From: a bacterium
Lineage (GTDB): Bacteria; UBA8248; JACPRG01; G963555815
Assembly (NCBI GenBank): GCA_965218795.1
Contig: OZ244653.1
Coordinates: 4,224,001-4,288,000 of the forward strand
Reading direction: 5' to 3'
DNA length: 64,000 nt
The position numbers and the translations under genes were made by a program. Positions within the stretch are counted from its first letter, which is position 1. Every line of letters starts with the position of its first letter. Of the stretch, positions 58,848 to 64,000 are shown piece after piece. Below the pieces are notes generated by a model that worked only from the letters and a program-made list of their open reading frames with translations, was not told the origin of the DNA and did no database searches.

Positions 58848-60061
58848 GGCGCGCGCTCCGTCATGACGGGAGCGGCGTCCGGACCATCAGTCGCCGCCGT
58901 CTGCCCCAGAACGCCCCGGTAAACGCCCACCCATTTACGGGTCCAGACGAGACGGTCGTACTCGGATTCGGCCCGCGCCCGTGAAGCCGCCCCCAGTTGA
59001 CGCCGGAGATCGGAGTTCCGTACGATCCGTTCCATGGCGCCGGCCAAGGCGGACGGATCCTCCGGAGGCACGACAAGCCCCGCCGCGCCGTCCTCCAGCA
59101 GTTCCCGTACGGATCCCACATCCGTTGCGACCACGGGTTTGCCGAGGGCCATCCATTCCAGGACGGCGCGGCTGGTTCCCTCTGAGCTTCGGGCGGCAAA
59201 CAGACCTGCATCGGCGGCCGACAGGGCGGCCGGGAGGTCGTTACGAAACCCAAGGAAATGAACCGCGTCCTCGATCCCCAGGTCGGCGGCCCGGACGGCC
59301 ACTTTTCCCTGGTCTCCTCCCGAGCCGGCCATCATCAGACGGGCGGGGAGGCCGCGGTCTTTCCGTAGCCGGGCGAGCGCGTCGACCGCATCCATGTGGC
59401 CTTTGAGGGGGATGAAACTGGAAGACATGCCAAAGACGATTTCTCCGTCCGGGATTTTGAATTGCGCCCGAATTTCATGACTGTCCGGGCCCGGCCGGAA
59501 GTCCCGCGTGTCGACACCGCCGCGCAGCGTAATGAACCGCGGCTCCTGGAACACCCGGGTTTTCATGTACCCCCGGCGGATCGTCTCCGTCGCCGCGGCG
59601 GTCTGGGCGGTTGCGTGGTTGTAGAGCCAGCGGTTCAGCCAATGTGTGCGCACCGGTTGCAGGATGTGCCTGGAACGAATCAAGGCGGGCGGGCGGCTAT
59701 GCGTTCCGGCGATCAGGCGACGCGCGGCGGCGGCGAGCCAATGGTCCTGTCCCCGGTGGGCGTGAAGAACCTGAATCCGGTCCTGGCGCCATCGCTCGAC
59801 GATCCCCCGAATGTCGTGAATCCAGGCCTTTGGTGCGAACCCCGTCCGGAAGGAGAGAAACATGATGCGCCGGACGCCGGCATTCGACGCTCGTTCCGCC
59901 ACGCCCCCGCCCCCGCCTTTGCGGCAAATGAGGATGACGTTGTGGCCCAACTCCTGGAGTCCCAGCGTGAGGGAGACCGCCGCCCATGCGTCCGAGCTCC
60001 AGCCCCGGCAGCTCATGAGCTGGAGGATGCCGAGCGGCTCCTCTTTTGAGTCCTCGGCCAA
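58844..60061 (-). CDS. GT4 glycosyltransferase
   Basis: KGH, EGTSRAVLE, VVATDVG. Confidence 0.88.
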   Translation of the reverse strand: MAEDSKEEPLGILQLMSCRGWSSDAWAAVSLTLGLQELGHNVILICRKGGGGGVAERASNAGVRRIMFLSFRTGFAPKAWIHDIRGIVERWRQDRIQVLHAHRGQDHWLAAAARRLIAGTHSRPPALIRSRHILQPVRTHWLNRWLYNHATAQTAAATETIRRGYMKTRVFQEPRFITLRGGVDTRDFRPGPDSHEIRAQFKIPDGEIVFGMSSSFIPLKGHMDAVDALARLRKDRGLPARLMMAGSGGDQGKVAVRAADLGIEDAVHFLGFRNDLPAALSAADAGLFAARSSEGTSRAVLEWMALGKPVVATDVGSVRELLEDGAAGLVVPPEDPSALAGAMERIVRNSDLRRQLGAASRARAESEYDRLVWTRKWVGVYRGVLGQTAATDGPDAAPVMTERAP

Positions 60062-60062
60062 G

Positions 60063-61838
60063 CTACCGAATTCCCCCGTTATCGGCTGGGCGTTCGCCGG
60101 CCGGGTGGACGGCGGGAGCGGGACTCATGGTTTGCAAATCGTACAGCCGCGCGTACAGGCCTTCCTGCGTCAGGAGGGAGTCGTGCGTCCCCTGTTCGAT
60201 CAGCCGGCCCCGATCGAAGACCATGATCCGATCCGCCCGGCGGACCGATGCCAGCCGATGCGCCACGAGCAGCGTGGTTCTCCCTTCCATGAGCTCATTC
60301 AGCGCTTGTTCAATCAGCCGCTCGGATTCCGCGTCCAGTGCCGAAGTGGCCTCATCGAGGATGAGCAGGGCCGGGTCCCGAAGCGCGGCCCGGGCTATCG
60401 CAAGCCGCTGCCTCTCCCCCCCTGACAGCTTCACTCCGTCTTCGCCGATGAGGGTTTCGAATCCCTGGGGAAGGGCGGTGATGAACCCGTAGGCGTTTGC
60501 GGTTTTTGCGGCCGCCTCGATTTCGTCCGCGGAGGCCCCCGACAGGTTGTAGGCGATGTTGGCGGCGACGGTGTCGTTGAACAGGACCGTTTGCTGCGTG
60601 ACGACCGCCATCTGCGATCGAAGGGAGTGAGGATCGTATTCCGTCATGTCCGTTCCGTCCCACAGAATGCGCCCCGACGTCGGCTCGTACAACCCCATGA
60701 CGAGGTCCAGGATCGTCGTCTTGCCAGCCCCCGTCTGACCGACGATGGCGGTCACTTCCCCCTTGGGAAGATCGAGCGAGACATTCTGAAGAACGGGAAC
60801 GTCCTCATACTGAAAGGAGACATGATCGAATGCAATGCCGGCGGCAAGCGCGGGTACGGACCGGCCTCCGCGCCGTTCCTTGAGTGGCGAGGTCTCGTCC
60901 ATCAGGCCGAAGACTTCGTCCGCGGCGGCCATCCCCTCCTGGAGCGTGTGATAGGTGCGCGAAAGCCGCTTCATCGGGCCTATGATGAGACCGAGGGCCG
61001 CAATGAAGGAGATGAATTCGCCGGGTGTTCGCGTGCCGCTCAGGACCTGCCGGCCCCCATACCAGAGGATAAAGGCGGCTCCGGCTCCTCCGAGGATCTC
61101 GACGATCGGGTGGCTGATCGCCCGCACGCGTCGGGCTTTCATGGCCAGGTCGAAAAACTTCCGGTTTCGCCCGCCGAACCGGACGGATTCGTGCTCCTCC
61201 GCGTTGTAGGCCTTGACGACGCGCGCGGCCTGAAACGCTTCTTTCATCGACGTGCTGATGTCACCCATTTGAGACTGCATCCTCCGGGTGATCCCCCGGA
61301 GCTTTCCGCCCAGCCGTCCGATGATGAGCCCCAGAGGCGGCAGGATCACGACGAAAATGCCCGAAAGAAAGGGATCCCGGTAGAAGGCCAGCGCGAGGAG
61401 GAAAACCAGACTGATGGAATGGTGGCCCAGGTCCCTCAGGCCCGTGGCGGATGCCTGCTGCATCAGGGTGATGTCGTACGTGATTTTCGACATGAGCTCG
61501 CCCGAAGTTTTCCGGACGAAGAAGGCCAGGGGCAATTGGTGGAAATGGCGGTAGAGGTCGTTTCGAACGTCCATCACAAGCCGCTGACCGAGCCAAAACA
61601 TGAAGTAGCTCTGGCCGTAGGCAAAGATCCCCTTGATCACATAAGTCAGGAGGATGGCTGCCACAATGAGGTTCAGCGTCCACAGATCCTTCGCAATGAA
61701 AACGTCGTCGATCACATTCTTTGCAAGGTAGGCGGGCACGGCTGTCACTGCCCCCAGGACGATCATGCAGATCGCAGCCTGAATGCACCGCCGCCCATAA
61801 GGTTTGAGGTAGCAGAGAATCCGCAGGTACTTCTTCAT
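60063..61838 (-). CDS. msbA: MsbA-like lipid/LPS ABC exporter
   Basis: TMD+NBD fusion, GQTGAGKT, LSGGERQ, ILDEATS; located among LPS-type glycosyltransferases. Confidence 0.8.
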   Translation of the reverse strand: MKKYLRILCYLKPYGRRCIQAAICMIVLGAVTAVPAYLAKNVIDDVFIAKDLWTLNLIVAAILLTYVIKGIFAYGQSYFMFWLGQRLVMDVRNDLYRHFHQLPLAFFVRKTSGELMSKITYDITLMQQASATGLRDLGHHSISLVFLLALAFYRDPFLSGIFVVILPPLGLIIGRLGGKLRGITRRMQSQMGDISTSMKEAFQAARVVKAYNAEEHESVRFGGRNRKFFDLAMKARRVRAISHPIVEILGGAGAAFILWYGGRQVLSGTRTPGEFISFIAALGLIIGPMKRLSRTYHTLQEGMAAADEVFGLMDETSPLKERRGGRSVPALAAGIAFDHVSFQYEDVPVLQNVSLDLPKGEVTAIVGQTGAGKTTILDLVMGLYEPTSGRILWDGTDMTEYDPHSLRSQMAVVTQQTVLFNDTVAANIAYNLSGASADEIEAAAKTANAYGFITALPQGFETLIGEDGVKLSGGERQRLAIARAALRDPALLILDEATSALDAESERLIEQALNELMEGRTTLLVAHRLASVRRADRIMVFDRGRLIEQGTHDSLLTQEGLYARLYDLQTMSPAPAVHPAGERPADNGGIR

Positions 61839-61935
61839 GCTGTCTGTTCCGCCAACGCAGCAATTTTCAACCGGTTGCCACCAATCGAGTATAACAGGAT
61901 GCCCATGAGCGGCAACCGATTCCCGTGCGATGGAG

Positions 61936-63087
61936 TCATGCCCCTTTTTCCCGTACGGAAGATAAGAGAGATCGATACATCGTCTCCACCCGGTCGCCCT
62001 GGACCCGTTCATCAAATTCGGACGCTGTTCTTTCACGGGCGCCTCGCCCCAAGGCTCCCGCGCGTTCGGGCTCCCTCAGCAGGCCGATAATCGCCCCGGC
62101 CATGGCGTTCGGATCGGAGGGAGGGACAACGACCCCCGATGTTCCGTGCTCCACGATTTCGTCCAGGCCGTCCGCCCGGGCGACCACGCTTGGAAGTCCG
62201 TAGGCCATGGCCTCCAGCAGTGCGCGCGCGGTTCCTTCGGATCCTCCGGACTGGAGGACGAACACATCCAACTGGCACAGAACGTCCCGAAGGTCACCGT
62301 CCCAATACCCCGACAGGATGACCTCACGGCCGGGGTGCAGCCCCAGGCGCTCCGCTCGCCGGACAATCGCCTCGCGGTATTCCCCTTTACCCGTCAGCAG
62401 AAGCCGGGCTTCCGGAATTTCGTCCCGGATGCGCCGGAACGCCTCGAGAAGGGGAAGGTGCCCGCGGTCCGGCGCCAGCCGGGAGACCGTGCCTACGACG
62501 GGACCCGTGCCGTCCAATCCCAGCCGGTTCCGCCCGCCCGCGTTTCCCGTGCCGGGCTTGAAGAAATCCGTGTCGACCATTCCACGAAGGGCGAACGTCC
62601 GTTCCTTCGGGGTGCGCGCCTCCTTCTCGCATTGCGTCCGGATATCTTCCGATACAGCGAAGAAACCGTCGGTCCGTTCATAACAGAACTTGCGATGTAA
62701 CGGATCCCGCCGGACGTGCCGGGCCCGATGGAAGGTTCGCACCACGACGGGCGAATCCCCTGTTCTTGCCGCCACCGCGACCCAATGGTCGTGGGACAGG
62801 TGGGCGTGCAGGATATCGACGGCTTCCCGGTGGACAATTTCACGAAGACGACTTCGGTCGCTCAAAAAATCAAGGAGGCCCAACCGGCGATTGAGCCGCA
62901 ATCCCTCGAACGTGAGGCCCGCCTCGCGGACGCGCTTTTCCAACTGGTCGTCCGAGATGGCGGCCAGGACCACCCGATGGCCGCGACCCCGAAGAACGCG
63001 GGACAATCCCAGCGTTGCGGAAGCCGCCCCCGTCAGCCAAGGGCTGCTGATGATCTGAAGAACCGAAAGCCGGTCCGGCCCCGTCAA
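61936..63087 (-). CDS. GT4 glycosyltransferase
   Basis: RGH, EGTARALLEAMA. Confidence 0.88.
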   Translation of the reverse strand: MTGPDRLSVLQIISSPWLTGAASATLGLSRVLRGRGHRVVLAAISDDQLEKRVREAGLTFEGLRLNRRLGLLDFLSDRSRLREIVHREAVDILHAHLSHDHWVAVAARTGDSPVVVRTFHRARHVRRDPLHRKFCYERTDGFFAVSEDIRTQCEKEARTPKERTFALRGMVDTDFFKPGTGNAGGRNRLGLDGTGPVVGTVSRLAPDRGHLPLLEAFRRIRDEIPEARLLLTGKGEYREAIVRRAERLGLHPGREVILSGYWDGDLRDVLCQLDVFVLQSGGSEGTARALLEAMAYGLPSVVARADGLDEIVEHGTSGVVVPPSDPNAMAGAIIGLLREPERAGALGRGARERTASEFDERVQGDRVETMYRSLLSSVREKGA

Positions 63088-64000
63088 CGTCCGTTCCCTT
63101 GGGCCCGCCGGAGCCTATCCTCATAGAGCCGTTCCAAAGCGTCCAACATCCCTTCCAGCGAGTAACGCTCGCGGACGCGCTCCAAGCCCGTGGCTCCGAG
63201 TCGGTTGCGAAGGGCCTTATCTGCAATCAACCGCCCCACGGCATCCGCGAGCGCCGGCGCGTCGCCCGGCGGGACAAGGAGTCCCGTTTCACCGTCCCGG
63301 ACAATCTCCGGGATTCCCCCGACATCTGTCCCCACCAGGGGCAGGCCGGTGGCCATGGCCTGAAGGCCCGCCTGTGGAATGCCGTCCGTCCGAATTGAGG
63401 CCATGACCAGTACGTCCAGGGCCGCCATGACGGCAGGGATGTCCTCCCGGTAACCCGTCAGGCGAACCCGGTCCGTCATCCCTTCCCGATCCACCTTTTC
63501 CCGTACTATGTTTCGCCAGAGACCGTCACCGACGACAAGGAACCGCGTATCCGGATTTTCGCCGGACAGGAGCCGCGCCGCCTCGATGAAGGTGTCGTGC
63601 CCCTTGGATCCGCGGAGCTGGGCGACGATTCCCACGAGCGGGGTCCTTTCGTCCAGCCCGAACTCTTCCCGAAACGGCCGGCCGGAAACGTGGGGACCGA
63701 ACCGATCCAGGTCCACCCCGGTCGGCAACGTCACGACCCGTTCCGGTTCCAGGCCGTATTGCCGTACCAGATGATCCCGAGTGGCGGATGCCGTGACGAT
63801 GATCCGGTCCGGTATCCGGTACACCGGATTCAGGCGATGGGCGTGGACCGGGATAGAGACATGGCGCGTCCGGATCAGGACCGGGACGCCGGTCCGCTTG
63901 CCGGCCAGTCCGGCCAGCCAGCTGTCCTTGGAGCTGTGGGTATGAAGGATGGCGGGCCGCTCGCGGCGGAGCAGACGGTGGAGCCGGAACCAGCCGTTCA
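63084..64000 (-). CDS. GT4 glycosyltransferase (5' end outside the window)
   Basis: frame open to the window edge (LHTHSSKDSW), KGH, GTDVGG. Confidence 0.85.
   Translation of the reverse strand, partial: NGWFRLHRLLRRERPAILHTHSSKDSWLAGLAGKRTGVPVLIRTRHVSIPVHAHRLNPVYRIPDRIIVTASATRDHLVRQYGLEPERVVTLPTGVDLDRFGPHVSGRPFREEFGLDERTPLVGIVAQLRGSKGHDTFIEAARLLSGENPDTRFLVVGDGLWRNIVREKVDREGMTDRVRLTGYREDIPAVMAALDVLVMASIRTDGIPQAGLQAMATGLPLVGTDVGGIPEIVRDGETGLLVPPGDAPALADAVGRLIADKALRNRLGATGLERVRERYSLEGMLDALERLYEDRLRRAQGNGR

Noticed and set aside
1-64000. tRNA, rRNA or selC genes
   Set aside because: None recognised by eye; tRNAscan-SE or Infernal would be needed to exclude them

Overview
High-GC bacterial chromosomal segment; taxonomy cannot be fixed from the sequence alone. 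The right half is housekeeping: a minus-strand dcw cluster (mraZ-rsmH-ftsL-ftsI-murE-murF-mraY-murD-ftsW-murG-murC-murB-ftsQ-ftsA-ftsZ, no ddl) and an envelope glycosylation locus (four GT4 genes, an MsbA-like exporter and three decayed genes). The left half is accessory and holds the main signals. (1) Two probable selenoprotein genes that the ORF track truncates or splits at an in-frame UGA. One is an AhpD/CMD-family protein (CxxU, 33475-34110), followed by a paralog whose active-site motif is erased and by a DUF1989 gene. The other is a DsbA/FrnE-like protein (UxxC, TGA 1856-1854). Both have SECIS-like hairpins at matching distances. (2) A 4431-bp IS1595-family element (12220-16650, 23-bp perfect TIRs, 8-bp TSD AAAATTTT) carrying a BcgI-like restriction-modification pair with two frameshifts. 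It is inserted into the catalytic motif of a CBS-DUF294 nucleotidyltransferase gene from a symporter / nucleotidyltransferase / membrane DEDDh nuclease neighbourhood. (3) A related MITE, several palindromic repeat families, and repeated gene erosion. No rRNA, tRNA or CRISPR array was recognised. Family assignments come from motifs read by eye, not from database searches.
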